Of a DNA stretch of 64,000 nt, positions 10,536-23,399 are shown one piece after another. Each line of letters begins with the position of its first letter. Position 1 is the stretch's first letter. This stretch comes from Malacoraja senta (Eukaryota): assembly GCA_038087875.1 (NCBI GenBank), contig JAXLNO010002694.1, positions 186,001 through 250,000 of the forward strand, given 5' to 3'. The notes under the pieces were generated by a model, which ran no database searches, was not told where the DNA came from, and saw nothing but the letters and a program-made list of their open reading frames with translations. The position numbers and the translations under genes were made by a program.

Positions 10536-12234
10536 TCTCTACTCATTCAAGCAGGCTGGAGAGGCATTCTAAGACACTGGTACAATGTTGGATCTTTTGA
10601 AGCAGGCATGGACCACGGACTTGGACAGGGAGAGGTTGAATATTGTGGTGAGCACTGGAGCAAACAGATTGGCACAATACTTTAGTACTCGCCCAGATAT
10701 AACATCTGTGCCTACAGCTTTCCACGTGTTCACACGTGTCAGAGCCCACCTCAGGTCGTGCTCGGACACCGAGAATGTGTGCACATCCGCAGCGGTGCAC
10801 CTCCTTCCAACCTCGCTAGCCAGCGCGCTGGCGGTGTTGTTGTCAGTGGGCGACTAGGGGTGATGTTGCCCGTCTCGAATCGTGCGTAAAAAGTGTTCAG
10901 GTCATCAACGAAGGAGGTGCCGGCACTCCCGGTTGAGGGGAGGCTGCTCTGGTAGTTAGTTATAGTCCATAGCCCCTGCCAAAGGCATCTGATGTCCCAC
11001 TGCTCCATCTGCGACTTCATCCTGTCCCTGTACCTCCTTTTTGCGTACTTCACCGCCCATCGCAGTCTGTACGACTCTACCTTGTAGTCGTCCATATTGC
11101 CAGGCTGGAGTTGTAAGCAGCGGTGCGAGCATTCAACGCAACGCGAATGGACTTGTCCACCTAGGGTTTTTGATTGGAAAGATGCTAACCCTTACCGTGG
11201 GGATGATGTTATCGGCTATTGTTGCAATGAAGTCTGTGACCGCTTCCGCAAACTCACTGACGTCTCTGGAACTTGACTGGAACATATTTCAGTCGACATA
11301 GAAACATAGAATCATAGAAAATAGGTGAAGGAGTAGGCCATTCGGCCCTTCGAGCCTGCACTGCCATTCAATATGATCATGGTTGTGCATCCTGCATTCA
11401 ATATGATCGGTCAGTGCATCCTGCAGCATGGCCTCTGAATGGCCAGACCACCGCTTTACGTCCCTCGTCACTGCTGCTTCCCGTACTATCCATTATTTAT
11501 ACTCCGGCAGCAGGAAAATGGCAGCGTGGTCAGATTTTCCAAAAGGAGGAAGAGAAACGGCCTTGTAGCCTTTTCTGAACGCCGTGTGGCAGTGGTCCAA
11601 AGTTCTTTCCCCCATGGTGATGTGTTGGCAGAAGTTAGGCATAACCTTTTTGAGATTTGCCTTATTAAAATCCCCAGTCACCACCATAGCCGCATCAGGG
11701 TTCTTGTTCTGATGCCGACATAACACATCGTGTAGGGCCGATAGTGCCACATCGGCATGTGGTGGTATGTAGATGGCTGTGATGATCACTGAGCTGAGCT
11801 CCCGGGGAAGGTAGAATGAATGATGAATGTGTAGTGCGTGGGTCTCGGAATGAAGCACGAAGTCGTATTTCGAGAAGCACTTTTTATTAGGTTCCTCCCA
11901 GTTCAAGGGAAGACCAAACGAGAGGAAGATGGCACCCAAACCCCTGCCTTTAAAGCCTCCGGCTAAGGGCCGCCTCCGGACTGAACCACTCCTGTGCCGA
12001 GGGGTTCGACACTATGACGGCACGACCCTTGGGAGCCGCCACAGGACCCCCCCCCAGAACCAGAGGCACGAAACGCACCGGCGGGCGAACGACCCGGCCG
12101 GCCCGCGTGCGGAAGTTAGCCGCTCGTGGGGCTTGCGGAGGCATAGGTGGAGGGACAGGACGAGGGACCGGCGGGAGGACAGGTGGAGTGACAGGCGGAG
12201 GGAGCCGTGAAGGGGGGCGCCCTCGAGGCCGAGG

Positions 12235-15231
12235 TTAGGCAACCAGCACCGGCTGGTCAATGTCCAGGTGTGCCGGCTTCAAACGGTCAATCGACACTGC
12301 CTCCGGCCGGCCCCCCATGTCCAGGACAAAAGTCGACTGCCCGTGTTCCAGCACTCGGAACGGGCCCTCGTACGGCCTCTGGAGTGGCGTCCGGTGGGCA
12401 TCACGGCGCAGGAAGACGTACGGGCAGTCCCTGAGGGCTGATGGCACGTGTGGGCGAAATGTCCCATGGCGGGACGTCGGGATGGGTGCGAGCCTGCCAA
12501 CCTGCTCGCGAAGGCGCTTTAGGGTGGATGAGGGCGTTCCCTGCTGCCCCGGCGCCGACGGCACGAACTCCCCGGGCACCGTGAGTGGCGACCCGTAAAC
12601 GAGCTCCGCCGATGATGAGGCCAAGTCCTCTTTGGGAGCGGTCCGGATGCCCAGCATCACCCACGGCAACTCGTCCATCCAGTCTGGGCCGGAGAGTCGT
12701 GCCTTCAGTGCTGCCTTCAGCTGCCGGTGGAATCTCTCCACCAGACTGTTAGCTTGCGGGTAGTAAGCCGTGGTGTGGTGTAGCCGCACCCCCAGCAAGT
12801 GAGCCATGGCTGACCACAGCTCGGAGGTGAACTGTGGCCCCCGGTCTGAGGAGATGTGCGCTGGCACCCCGAAGCGAGCAATCCAGTGCGCGGACAACGC
12901 ACGAGCACACGTAACCGTTGAAGTATCGGTCAACGGAATGGCCTCCGGCCACCGCGTGAAGCGGTCCACCATTGTCAGAAGGTGGGTGATGCCCCGGGAT
13001 GGCGGGAGAGGGCCTACAATGTCTATGTGGAGATGGTCGAACCGCCGGTGAGGTAGACCAAACTCCTGGAGAGGCGCACGGACATGGCGCTGGATTTTTG
13101 CCGTCTGGCACGGAATGCAGGTGCGAGCCCAATGGCCAACCTGCTTGCGCAGACCGTGCCACATGAAACGAGCGGCCACTAGTGCCGTTGTCGCCCAGAT
13201 TGATGGGTGAGACAGTCCGTGGATCACCTCGAACACCCTCCGGCGCCAGGTGGCAGGGACGATGGGGCGCGGCTGACCGGACGACACATCGCACAGGATT
13301 GTCACTCCCCCAGGACCGAGAGGGACATCCTCAAGGCGGAGGCCGGAGATGGCAGTCCGGTAGGCGGGCACCTCATCGTCCGTGAGCTGTGCCGCCGCCA
13401 GAGCAGAATAGTCCACTCCGGGCGCCACCTCGAACACGGCGTTGATAGCGGGCCGGGACAATGCGTCGGCCACCCGGTTCTCTTTTCCCTTGATGTAGCA
13501 GATAGATGTCGTGTACTCCGATATGTAGGCCAATTGCCGCTGCTGTCGTGCGGACCAGGGATCGGAAACCTTCTGCAGGGCGAAAGTGAGCGGCTTATGG
13601 TCGGTGTAGGCGGTGAACGGGCGGCCCTCCAAGAAGTAGCGAAAATGGCGCACAGGCAGGTACAGAGCCAGGAGCTCACGATCGAACGCGCTGTACTTGG
13701 TCTGCGCACGGTTGAGGTGCCGACTGAAGAAGGCCAGGGGCCGCCAACCTCCGCCCGTCAGCTGCTCCAGCACAGCACCAACAGCCGGCTCCAAGGCGTC
13801 CACCGTGAGAGCAGTCGGGGCATCTCCCCGCGGGTGTACCAGCAGTACGGCCCGAGCAAGGGCCTCCTTCGCGCCGTCAAAAGCTGCCTCCGCCTCGTGG
13901 GTCCACTCCACGCTCTTGTGCTGCCCACCCGCCAGAAGTTGATACAGGGGCCGCATGATGTGGGCCGCGGATGGCACGAAACGATGGTAAAATGCCACCA
14001 TGCCAACAAATTCCTGCAGGTCACGCACCGTGCGTGGGCGGGGAAACCGACATATGGCGTCGACCCTGTCAGGCAGGGGAACCGCGCCTTGCGCAGTCAC
14101 GCGGTGGCCGAGGAAGTCAATTTCGCTCACCCCAAAACGGCACTTGTCCAGGTTGATGGCCAAACCATGCTCGCTGAGTCGCTGACAGCTGCCGAAGATG
14201 AGCGCAGTGTTCCTGTTGGAGCGGCTGGCCACCAGGATGTCGTCCAGGTACACGAACACGAAATCGAGGCCACGACAAACCCCGTCCATGAGGCGCTGAA
14301 AGGCCTGTGCAGCGTTTTTGAGGCCGAACGGCATCCGAGTAAACTCGTAAAGCCCGAATGGCGTGATGATCGCCGTCTTCGGCACGTCATCCGGGTGAAC
14401 CGGGATCTGATTATAACCCCGTACCAGATCCACTTTGGAAAATATTGTGGCCCCAGCCAAATGGGCCGTGAAGTCCTGGATGTGGGGTACGGGGTATCGA
14501 TCCGCTGTTGTTGCAGCGTTCAACTGTCGGTAATCCCCACAAGGTCGCCAGCCCCCGCTTGACTTGGAGACCATGTGGAGTGGGGACGCCCAAGGGCTGC
14601 TCGAAGGGCGGACGATCCCTAAGGCCTCCATCGTGCGGAATTCCCGCCGTGCCAGACACAGTTTATCTGGCGGCAGTCGCCGTGCTCGTGCATGGAGTGG
14701 TGGGCCGGTAGTCGGGATATAATGTAACACCCCGTGGCTGGGGGTTGCTGATTGAAACTGCGCATGGAGAATGTCCGGGAACGCAGCCAAGATCCGTGCG
14801 AATCGGGAGTCCACGGACGCCAGTGGCCGTCCCACCGGTTGATCCACACGCAACGTGATCGGCTCCATCGTAGTGGCGTTGATCAAACGCTGACGCCCGA
14901 CGTCCACCATGAGGGAATGCGCCCGGAGGAAATCGGCCCCGAGCAATGGTTGGGAGACATCAGCGATAGTGAACCACCACGAGAAATGACAGGAGCCGAG
15001 CACGATGGGAACCATGCGCAGTCCATATGTGCGGATGGGGCTGCCGTTCGCCGCGGTGAGGACGGGCCCCTGCTTACCGGAACGAATGTCGGCCAGCGAA
15101 GGGGGCAGGACGCTGAGCTCCGCTCCAGTATCCACGAGGAAGCGGGTCCCGGAGCGCCGATCCCAGGCGAAAAGGCGGTGAATTTGGCCGGCCGCCACGG
15201 GGACTATTGGCAGCCGGCCCAGGGGTTTCCC
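12235..15231 (-). CDS. pol: Gypsy Pol (PR-RT-RH-IN)
   Basis: [19 protein letters not shown], RNase H, HHCC, DDE and GPY/F motifs. About 11 codons after YLDD are scrambled by two compensating deletions. Confidence 0.9.
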   Translation of the reverse strand, partial: GKPLGRLPIVPVAAGQIHRLFAWDRRSGTRFLVDTGAELSVLPPSLADIRSGKQGPVLTAANGSPIRTYGLRMVPIVLGSCHFSWWFTIADVSQPLLGADFLRAHSLMVDVGRQRLINATTMEPITLRVDQPVGRPLASVDSRFARILAAFPDILHAQFQSATPSHGVLHYIPTTGPPLHARARRLPPDKLCLARREFRTMEALGIVRPSSSPWASPLHMVSKSSGGWRPCGDYRQLNAATTADRYPVPHIQDFTAHLAGATIFSKVDLVRGYNQIPVHPDDVPKTAIITPFGLYEFTRMPFGLKNAAQAFQRLMDGVCRGLDFVFVYLDDILVASRSNRNTALIFGSCQRLSEHGLAINLDKCRFGVSEIDFLGHRVTAQGAVPLPDRVDAICRFPRPRTVRDLQEFVGMVAFYHRFVPSAAHIMRPLYQLLAGGQHKSVEWTHEAEAAFDGAKEALARAVLLVHPRGDAPTALTVDALEPAVGAVLEQLTGGGWRPLAFFSRHLNRAQTKYSAFDRELLALYLPVRHFRYFLEGRPFTAYTDHKPLTFALQKVSDPWSARQQRQLAYISEYTTSICYIKGKENRVADALSRPAINAVFEVAPGVDYSALAAAQLTDDEVPAYRTAISGLRLEDVPLGPGGVTILCDVSSGQPRPIVPATWRRRVFEVIHGLSHPSIWATTALVAARFMWHGLRKQVGHWARTCIPCQTAKIQRHVRAPLQEFGLPHRRFDHLHIDIVGPLPPSRGITHLLTMVDRFTRWPEAIPLTDTSTVTCARALSAHWIARFGVPAHISSDRGPQFTSELWSAMAHLLGVRLHHTTAYYPQANSLVERFHRQLKAALKARLSGPDWMDELPWVMLGIRTAPKEDLASSSAELVYGSPLTVPGEFVPSAPGQQGTPSSTLKRLREQVGRLAPIPTSRHGTFRPHVPSALRDCPYVFLRRDAHRTPLQRPYEGPFRVLEHGQSTFVLDMGGRPEAVSIDRLKPAHLDIDQPVLVA

Positions 15232-16122
15232 GGGAACATGCACGGCTGGCTGCATTGTCGTGCTGCAGCACCCCAGAGCTGATGGTAGTAGCACCAGTTC
15301 CTCGTGTTGGTGCTACTTGGAGCTTGCCTGCTCCTGCTGGTGGTGCCTGCAGCCTGCTGACGCTGGACTGCAGGTGCAGTACGCCTCACTGCCGCTGGGG
15401 TTGATCGTACGGGCCGTCGGGCTGGAGCTGTCACTCCTTCCACCGCTCCCCCGCCCCACCGGAGGAAATCGGGAGCTGCTGGGGTGACGTCATCGGCGTG
15501 CCTGCTGACAGCCAGCGCGTTGACGTCATCAGGGCGCGTCGACCTCAGCGCGACCCCGTCTCTGCTGACGCCCAGCGCGCTGACGTCATCAGGGCGCGCC
15601 ATCCACAGGGCGTCGGCGCGCCTCCCGAGGGCCCGAAGGTCGGCAAACGAGACGTCGGTGAGCTGCAACCGAATGTAGGCCGGCAGCAGATGCAGGTAGG
15701 TATACTCAAACAACAGGCACGGCGTGTGCCCGTCTAGTAGCGCCACCATCTCCTTTAGGAGGGTAGATGGCCGTCGGTCGCCCAGGCCCCCCATATGCAG
15801 GATCCTACTTGCCCGCTCCATCCTACTCAGTCCGTAAATGTGGAGCAGGAGCTCTTTCAGGCCGAGGTATTTATCATCGTTCGGGGGGTCTGGCGAGGAA
15901 GTCCGTGACCTCTTCAACCGCATCCTGGTCGAGGGCTCCCACCAGGTAATAGAAGCGGGTGGCATCGACCGTGATGCCCCGCAGGTTGAACTGGGCCTCC
16001 GCCTGCTGGAACCAGATGAGCGGCCGGGTGGTGCAGAAGTTGGGCAGTTTCACGGAGACCGCGTCCAGAGACAGGGCCGGGCCAGCCTGTGAGGAGGTAG
16101 GGCTTTGTCCACTCTCCATCAT
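15204..16122 (-). pseudogene. gag: Gypsy Gag with one frameshift near 15885
   Basis: AVSVKLPNF..WFQQAEAQFNLRGIT in one frame. The remainder, with WCYYHQLWG knuckle and GGGAAAC slippery site (15231-15225), is in another. Confidence 0.85.
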
Positions 16123-16366
16123 GACGCCAATGGAGCGTCGGGGGTCACCAATGTAGTGCGTGGGTCTCGGAATGAAGCACGAAGTCGTATTTCGAGAAGC
16201 ACTTTTTATTAGGTTCCTCCCAGTTCTAGGGAAGACCAAACGAAGAGGAAGATGGCACCCAAACCCCTGCCTTTAAAGCCTCCGGCTAAGGGCCGCCTCC
16301 GGACTGAACCACTCCTGTGCCGAGGGGTTCGACACTATGATGGCACGACCCTTGGAAGCCGCCACA

Positions 16367-17126
16367 AATGAATAGTTTATTTCGGTCATACATTAAAAAG
16401 AACAAAACTTTACAATCTGTGTGAATATGAACCAACACTATCCATTTCACACAACGTTCACATAATCAATGAACAAAAAAGGAATAGGCTGAAGCCACAA
16501 AGCTTATTTTTGCTTATCCTATACAATCCATAAGATAAGATAACCCAGAATATCAGCATTACAAAGGAAAGAAAAAAATAATAAAATTTACTCTAAATTG
16601 TAATCCTTACTTATTTTACATTTTAATCATTTTACATTATAATCCTTAATTATTTTACTTTTTAAGGCTTTTTTGAAACTCGACAGAGAGCTACAAAATT
16701 TCAACTCATCACTAAGCCCGTTCCATAATTTGACTCCCAAAACTGAGACACATCTATATTTTACATTGGTTCTCACTTTACATGTTTCAAAAATACGCAA
16801 CCCTCTTAAATTATAATGTCCTTCTCTTAATTAAAAAAAATTTTGAATACTAACAGGAAGGCTTTTATTCTTAACTCGGAAAAGTATTTCTAATGTCTTT
16901 ACATGCACAATATCCAGAAATTTTAAGGTACCAGACTTTATGAATAATGGATTTGTAGTTTCACGGTAAGAAGCTTTATGTATTATTCTAATAGCTCTTT
17001 TCTGGAGTTTAATTATATGGTCTATATTTGTTTTATATACATTTCCCCAAACTTCAACACAATATGACATATATGGCATTATAAGCAAGCAATACAATAT
17101 ATACAAACACTTCTCATGCTGCCCAC
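16367..17126 (-). mobile_element. 3' fragment of a Crack/Daphne-like (CR1-group) LINE with (CATT)n tail split by gypsy 2
   Basis: LIMPYMSYCVEVWGN..KLQKRAIRII..TNPLF motif. AATAAA plus CATT repeats on both sides of gypsy 2 (11819-11829, 16367-16375). Confidence 0.7.
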
Positions 17127-17859
17127 TAGAATGGGCGGCATGAGATCGTCATGCAAGCAGAAACGAGAAAGCACCTTAATATTCCTAGGGTTGCACCAGT
17201 TATTGTTGGTCCTGAAGCAAACTCCTCCACCCTTTGATTTCCCAGATTCTTCCGTTCTGTCCGCACGGAAAGCAGAGAAGGACTCGGTTGGGCAAATTAC
17301 TTAATCCGGCACCAGCGGGGTCAGCCATGCCTCGGTCAGACAGAAGATGTTGCATTCTCTTGTGTCCTGCTGGAATCTAATCCTCGCCCTGAGGTCATCC
17401 ATCTTGTTCTCCAGGGACTAGACGTTAGCCAGAAGGCTGCTGGGCAGAGGTGGACGAAAGGCTTGGGCTCTTAGCCTATTCCGATTCCCCCCCCCCCTGC
17501 TTACGTCGATGTTCTCTCTGACTTTTTCCCGGAGCCGCGCTCCCATTGTTGCTGCGGCGTGCTCTTGTGATCTCTGCCGGCCACGCTGGATCGGTGAGTA
17601 AAGTGTCTTAAAAGCCTTGAGTTCCTCCAGCACTGATTTTTGCTCAAGGTTCCAGCATCTGCAGAATCTCGTGTCTCAGTCACTGCTCTGTTTTCAACTT
17701 TTCCCTTTTACTCTCTTCCTTTTTGCTTTTTGTTACTATTGCTCCCATTTTACTTTGGTTTGTCTCTTCTTTCTCACTTTATCTTCCTCATGTCTCTCAT
17801 CCTACACTCCCACAACCTCTGCAGTCTTTATTGCTGTTTAAGGTGACAGGCGACTTTTT

Positions 17860-18200
17860 TTACTGGTTGCAGTTTGTTTTACACAAAAATAAATACTAAA
17901 ATTAAATACTAAATATTAAATTACTCATCCTTAATTTCCCCATCCTTATAGAGGATACATTCCACCCTCCGTGGTGCCCAATGGTCCCGAAAATCCCCCA
18001 GGGCACCCGTGGACAGCACATAATGCCTCTCTAAATCCACCCAGATGCGGACGTGACCCCGGTAAAGGGGCAGGCAGCCAGCTCGGCAAGAGCCCTCTTC
18101 CGCCTGGCGCAAAAGCTAACCTCTCTTCCAGTCTTGATGGATCGTCGAAACAGGAGGGTTGTATTTGAAAGAAGGGTCAGGAAGAAACAGCTTGACCAGT
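17860..18200 (-). mobile_element. Tx1/L1-like LINE 3' fragment
   Basis: GCLPLYRGHVR..LERHYVLSTGALGDFRDHWAPR. The same family occurs at 23.4-24.5 kb. Confidence 0.65.
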
Positions 18201-19560
18201 CAACAATGTTCCTTATTGTAGCTGTAGGTTGCACTGCGAGATGAACGGATTACCTCTGCGGGTGGATCACACCTGAAACAGGGCTCTGCTGATCCCATCT
18301 TGATGGTCATGATGGAACTCAGGGTGACATCCAGACTCGGAATATTTCTGGTGTCTGCCTTGTTCAGCCCTATTGCTGAAAATACCCTCTCTGCGTCAGC
18401 GTCGCTATGTGGCATACAGAGGACAAGTTGTGCAACCTTTGACACTCAAAGAAACTTGTGTTGACCAGTCACAGGGTTCTTGAGTGTTGACAGATGGGCC
18501 CACAGCTTGTCAGTCTTACTGAACTCGTGGCCTCTCTGCCTCTGGACACCCACTCTTTCCACTTGCTGGCTGGGATCTCTGTGTCATCCATTAACTGATA
18601 GACAGAGAACTCCTCTCCAACCTGGCCCTGTTCTCTGGGGTCCAAGAAAGGTAGGACACAAGAACACAATTGTGGCCCTTAATTAGTATCTCTGCTATCA
18701 TAAGATCAATGTACACATTTTTGTAGTTGAAGATGTTTTTAGCAAAAGTAATCTGCAGGGTTTGATGTATATGTTACACCAGCAATCACTTCATATGCTG
18801 CAACGCATTGGCTACCATAATGAAGTACATGACTACATTTTATATGGTTTTAAAATGTGGAAGTCTTATCAAACATTTATACGTTTTTTCATCGTTTAGT
18901 TACCTGCTTTTATAGTTTAGTTAAGCATATACCTGTCTATGAGGTAGAGTATGTCACATACTAACACTTCCATCTTCTGGTACCAGTCAACAAAGGAAGC
19001 ATGCCTCAGCACAGGCTCATCCAGGGGTAGTCTCTCCAGAGCACAGCCAAGCCCCTCACTGCCATGAAGAACTTCTTGGCCTGTTGAGGACTGATGTCAC
19101 CGCCCTCCAACAAACGATTCAGTGTTGTCCTTGTTGTAAAGCCAATACTAAGCTTGTCATCTTCAATGAGAAGTAGAGTACAAGACATTTGTATTGATCA
19201 CTAACTATTTGTTCAATTCTATTTGTTTAATATACATTTCATACTAGAATAAATATACTGATAACCTTCTCCCTCTCCGCATGACAATGTGTCACTTGAT
19301 GTCGCTCTGTCCTTGATGAGCACACGAGACTTGAAGCCTGCATACTTCACACCAGAAATGGAAAGATGTGCTACCCTTCCTGATGAATGGCCACAATTCT
19401 CTCCATTGAGACTTGAATGTGCATTTGTAAAATGCTGCACCAGCTCTGCCTTTTGGATTGAGTCGCCTGACCTTCTTTAGCTTCTTGACACAAGCTTCAC
19501 TACTATCACTGCTGTCTGTGTTCGAAGACTCTGTTCCTCTTCTGTGGTTCACCTTCATTA
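18200..19560 (-). mobile_element. Second hAT transposase remnant (BED-like finger to dimerisation domain)
   Basis: WPFIRKG...FWCEVC..SCAHQGQSDIK N-terminus and LCMPHSDADAERVFSAIGLNK..RN..LD.TLSSIM C-terminus. Confidence 0.75.
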
Positions 19561-19689
19561 CCTGACATCTACAAAATGACAGGAATTAAGAGCATCATCA
19601 CTTTGTTTTCTTTTCAGTTATCATTGCTCATGAAATATGTAATTTAGTCTGCACATGCTACAAAAAAACGTAGGCTCTACAATAAATAA

Positions 19690-22600
19690 ACTATCTTGGA
19701 AGGCCGTAGTCTGATTAAAATATATATAGCCAGGCCCAAGGGTGGAAAAATCAAGGAAGGAGCTGATCAAGAGTGTGAAAACCCTTTTTCCCCTTACTGA
19801 ATGTAGAAATACCCAATGCAGGAGATCAGGGGAGGGGTTGTTACACTTATTACCCCCCCCCCCCCCCCCCCCCATCCTGCAAACCTGACTGTGGCTTATA
19901 GAAATGTAAAAGTACTCTTTTGCTCTCTTGAGGTAGAACTGCATACTGGGCCTGGCCATACTGATGAAGTCAGTGAGTTCTGCATGGGTGCAGGAGGTAG
20001 CACCAATGCAGTCGTCATGTAGCGGAGGTAGAGTTCGAGGATAGGGCCAGTGTACGCCTGGAACAGGGATTGTTTGACGTATCCTAATTAGAGGCAGGCA
20101 TAGCTGGGGCCCATGAGAGTGCCCTTTGCTACGCCTTGGATTTGGAGAAATGTGTGGAGGAAGAGCGTGTGAGGTTTCTTGGACATAGGTAGGGAGGGAT
20201 TGCACCAGGAAGGATAGGATGGAGTCGAGGTATGTGGAAATTAATTCGGTGGGACATGAACAAGCAGAAACAATGGGTCTGCCAGAATAGTTCTGTTTGT
20301 GGATTTTGGGGAGAGGATAAAATTGGGCCGTGTTGGGGCTGGAGAACAATAAGGTTGGAGGCTTTAGACGGCAGAGAGCTGGAAGTGATGAAATCAGTAA
20401 TGGTGCTTCAGATTAAGGCCTGGTGCTCGTCTGTGGGTCATGGTCCAAGGATAAGTAGGAGGAGGTGCCTGAAAGTTGTCGCCTGGCCTCAGTCTGGTAG
20501 AGGTCAGCCCGCCAGACTACCACGGCACCTCCCTTGTCGGCGGGTTTGATTATCCAGTCGGGTTGCTGCAGAGTGAGCGGAGGGCTGTACATTCAGGGGG
20601 GAGGGGATTAGAGTGAATAAGGGGAGTGGAAAATTTGAGGCGGTTGATGTCCCGCCGGCAGTTGGAAATGAAAAGGTCTAAAGAAGGTAGAGGGCCATCC
20701 GGGTGAATCTAAGAGGAAGGGGTCCATTGGAGATGGGAGAAGGGGTCATCATTGGGTGATGAGGATGCCTTCCCACAGAAAAAAGCCTGGAGGCAGAGGC
20801 GATGGAAGAAGAGCTCCACATCGTGGCAGACCCGGAACTCGTTGAGGTGGGGGAGGAGGAAACAAAGGTGACGCCTCTGCTGAGGACAGACCGTTCCGTA
20901 TCAGAAAGGAGGAGGTCAGGGGGTGGGGGTGGTGAATAGACAATAGGTGCAGGAGTAGGCCATTCGGCCCTTTAAGTCAGCACCGCCATTCAATGTGATC
21001 ATGGCTGATCATCCCCAATCAATACCCCGTTCCTGCTTCTCCCCATATCCCCTGACTCCGCTATCTTTAAGAGCATTATCTAGCTCTCTCTTGAAAGTAT
21101 CCAGAGAACTGGCCTCCACCACCCTCTGAGGCAGAGAATTCCATAGACTCACAACTCTCTGTGTGAAAAATTTTTTACTCATCTCTGTTCTAAATGGCTT
21201 ATCCCTTATTCTTAAACTGTGGCCCCTGGTTCTGGACTCCCTCAACATCGGGAACATGTTTCCTACCTCTCGCGTGTCCAAACCCTTTATAATCTTATAT
21301 GTTTCAGTAAGATCCCCTCATCCTAAATTCCAGAGTATACAAGCCCAGCCGCTCCATTCTATCAGCATATGACAGTCCCGCCATCCCGGGAATTAACCTT
21401 GTAAACCTACGCTACACTCCCTCAATAGCAAAAATGTCCTCCTCAAATTGGGGGACCAAAACTGCACACAATACTGCAGGTGTGGTCTCACTAGGGCCCT
21501 GTACAAATGCAGAAGGACTTCTTTTCTCCTATACTCAACTCTTGTTATGAAGGCCAACATGCCATTCACTTTCTTCACTGCCTGCTGTACCTACATGCTT
21601 ACTTTCATTGACTGATGAACAAGGACCCCCCAGATCTCATTGTACTTCCATTTTCCCAACTTGACGCCATTTATATAATAATCTGCCTTTCTGTTTTTGC
21701 TACCAAAGTGGATAACCACATTTATCTACATTAAACTACATCTGCCATGCATCTGCCTACACACCCAACCTGTCCAAGTCACCCTGCATTCTCAAAGCAT
21801 CCTTCTCACAGTTGACACTGCCACCCAGCTTTGTGTCATCTGCAAATTTGCTAATGTTTCTTTGAATCCCTTCATCTAAATCATTGATGTATATTTTAAA
21901 TAGCTGCGGTCCCAGCACTGAGCCTTGCGGTACCCCACTGCCTGCCATTCTGAAAGGGACACTTTGTTTCATGTCTGCCAACCAATTTTCTATCCATGTC
22001 AGCACTCTACCCCCAATAACATGTGCCCTAATTTTGCCCACTGATCTCCTATGTGGGACCTTATCAAATGTTTTCTGAAAGTCCAATTGCATTCTCAAAA
22101 AATACCAGAAGATAAGTCAAGCATGATTTCCCCTTCGTAAATCCATGCTGGCTCGGACCGATCCTGTTACTGCTATCCAAATGTGCCGCTATTTCATCTT
22201 TTATCATTGACTCCAACATCTTCCCCACCACCGATGTCAGGCTAACTGGTCTATAATTCCCTGTATTCACTCTCCCGCCTTTCTTAAAAAGTGAACACAC
22301 GGCAGGGGTGGGGATTGGGGTCGGATGAGTGCACGTGAGTAGATGAAGGCTGAGGCGATGTCTGGTGGGTGTTCAGAGAGGACGGGGGCTTGAGGACTAT
22401 TGTATGGGTGGGGAGTAGCTGGGGTCACCGGGCTAAAAGAGGAGGGGAAGACCCAGTGGAACCCGCACTTAGGTTCCCTGTGAGAAGGGGGAGCAGTAAG
22501 ACCCAGCATAGTTAGGCCCCGTGGTGTGAGAGTCTGCATCGTGGAGACTGTGGGCCCGGTGCAGAGCCTGGGACTCAGGTAGGGCGACGGCTGCGGCCCA

Positions 22601-23340
22601 CTGGTGGGCAGTGGAGTGGCGAGGGTCAGCAGAGTTCCTTATGGAGTCCCGCGAGGTGTGTCGCCCGGGTCAGCGGACGAAGCGTCGGTAGTCCCGGTCA
22701 GCGGATGGCGGGGGAGGCAACGAGGGTCGGCGTCATCGGTGAGGCGATAAAGGTCGGCGGTCCCGGTGAATCGGTGGTCCGGGCCTGGGATGGGCCGGGG
22801 AGGCGATGAAGGTTGACGGCAGCGGCATCTTCGGTGGTCCGGGCCGAGGATGGGCCGGTCTGGAGGCAAGCAAGTTTGTGATCCTTTGTGGAGTCCAGGT
22901 AGGAAAGGAAGCTTTGTTGAAGGCATCTGACATTGGATAAAGTGCAGTTGGAGTCTCTTGCAGGTGTGGGTGAGTGAGCTTTGGGAGAGTCAGAGCGAGG
23001 GCCTGTTTGTGCCGGCGCATCGCAGCCCTTATAGAACGCAGGGAATGGAATGCGAACTGTTGTGAAAAATGGCAGATCGGCTCTCGGAACCTATAGACCG
23101 GGTTGGGTCCGAACTGGGATGTCTGGAAGCGGAGCTGGAATCCACGAGGTAAAAGAGGCGCAGGCAAGTCCCGAGAAAACGAACGTGGCTGTGGTAACGG
23201 GTCTGGGTTAAGACAAGGTCGGAGGGATGGAGGAATCACAGAGCGGGAGCAGTGAAAGAGGATGTTGCTGAACTCTCGTCAGAGAGAGGAAGAAAACTTC
23301 TTCAAAGTAGACATACCTTGAGGAGATTTTGCAGTGCCGT
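19690..23340 (-). mobile_element. Penelope-like element 2, split by a CR1 insertion
   Basis: Colinear with 7736-9185 (FYPLPKIHKQNYSGRPIVSACSC). Resumes after the CR1 at the 5-bp TSD GTGAA (20932-20936, 22291-22295). Confidence 0.8.
20937..22290 (-). mobile_element. CR1/HER1-like LINE, 5'-truncated, RT and 3' UTR
   Basis: NYRPVSLTS, LDFQKTFDKVPH, SGVPQGSVLGP, KFADD, RTRGHSL motifs and a 3' tail. Confidence 0.9.
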
Positions 23341-23399
23341 GGACAAAATGTGTACGAAAGAATCTGATAATGTTCTGAACGCTCAGAACGGCCCCGGGG

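Larger units (their letters stand above)
11830..16366 (-). mobile_element. Ty3/gypsy LTR retrotransposon 2, near full length (4.5 kb)
   Basis: LTRs 11830-12043 and 16152-16366 (3 substitutions + 1 indel), TSD AATG, tRNA-Trp-like PBS at about 16136-16150, PPT at about 12047-12055, gag-pol. Confidence 0.95.
10537..17700 (-). mobile_element. Rex/Babar-type LINE (EN to RT start), interrupted at 11819-17126
   Basis: RPPLPSSLLANV.SLENKMDDLRAR (about 17250-17460), TISCRPF|YLPRELSS split across the insertion, VVTGDFN, GKSDH, CANLFAPVLTTIFNLSL. 7-bp TSD TAGAATG at 11812-11818 and 17127-17133. Confidence 0.85.

Noticed and set aside
13207-14562. 451-aa plus-strand ORF (and similar ORFs over both gypsy elements)
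   Set aside because: Antisense shadow of GC-rich pol with no recognisable domain.
19852-19873. Long poly-C run (also 27504-27518)
   Set aside because: Homopolymer of uncertain length and no interpretable function.
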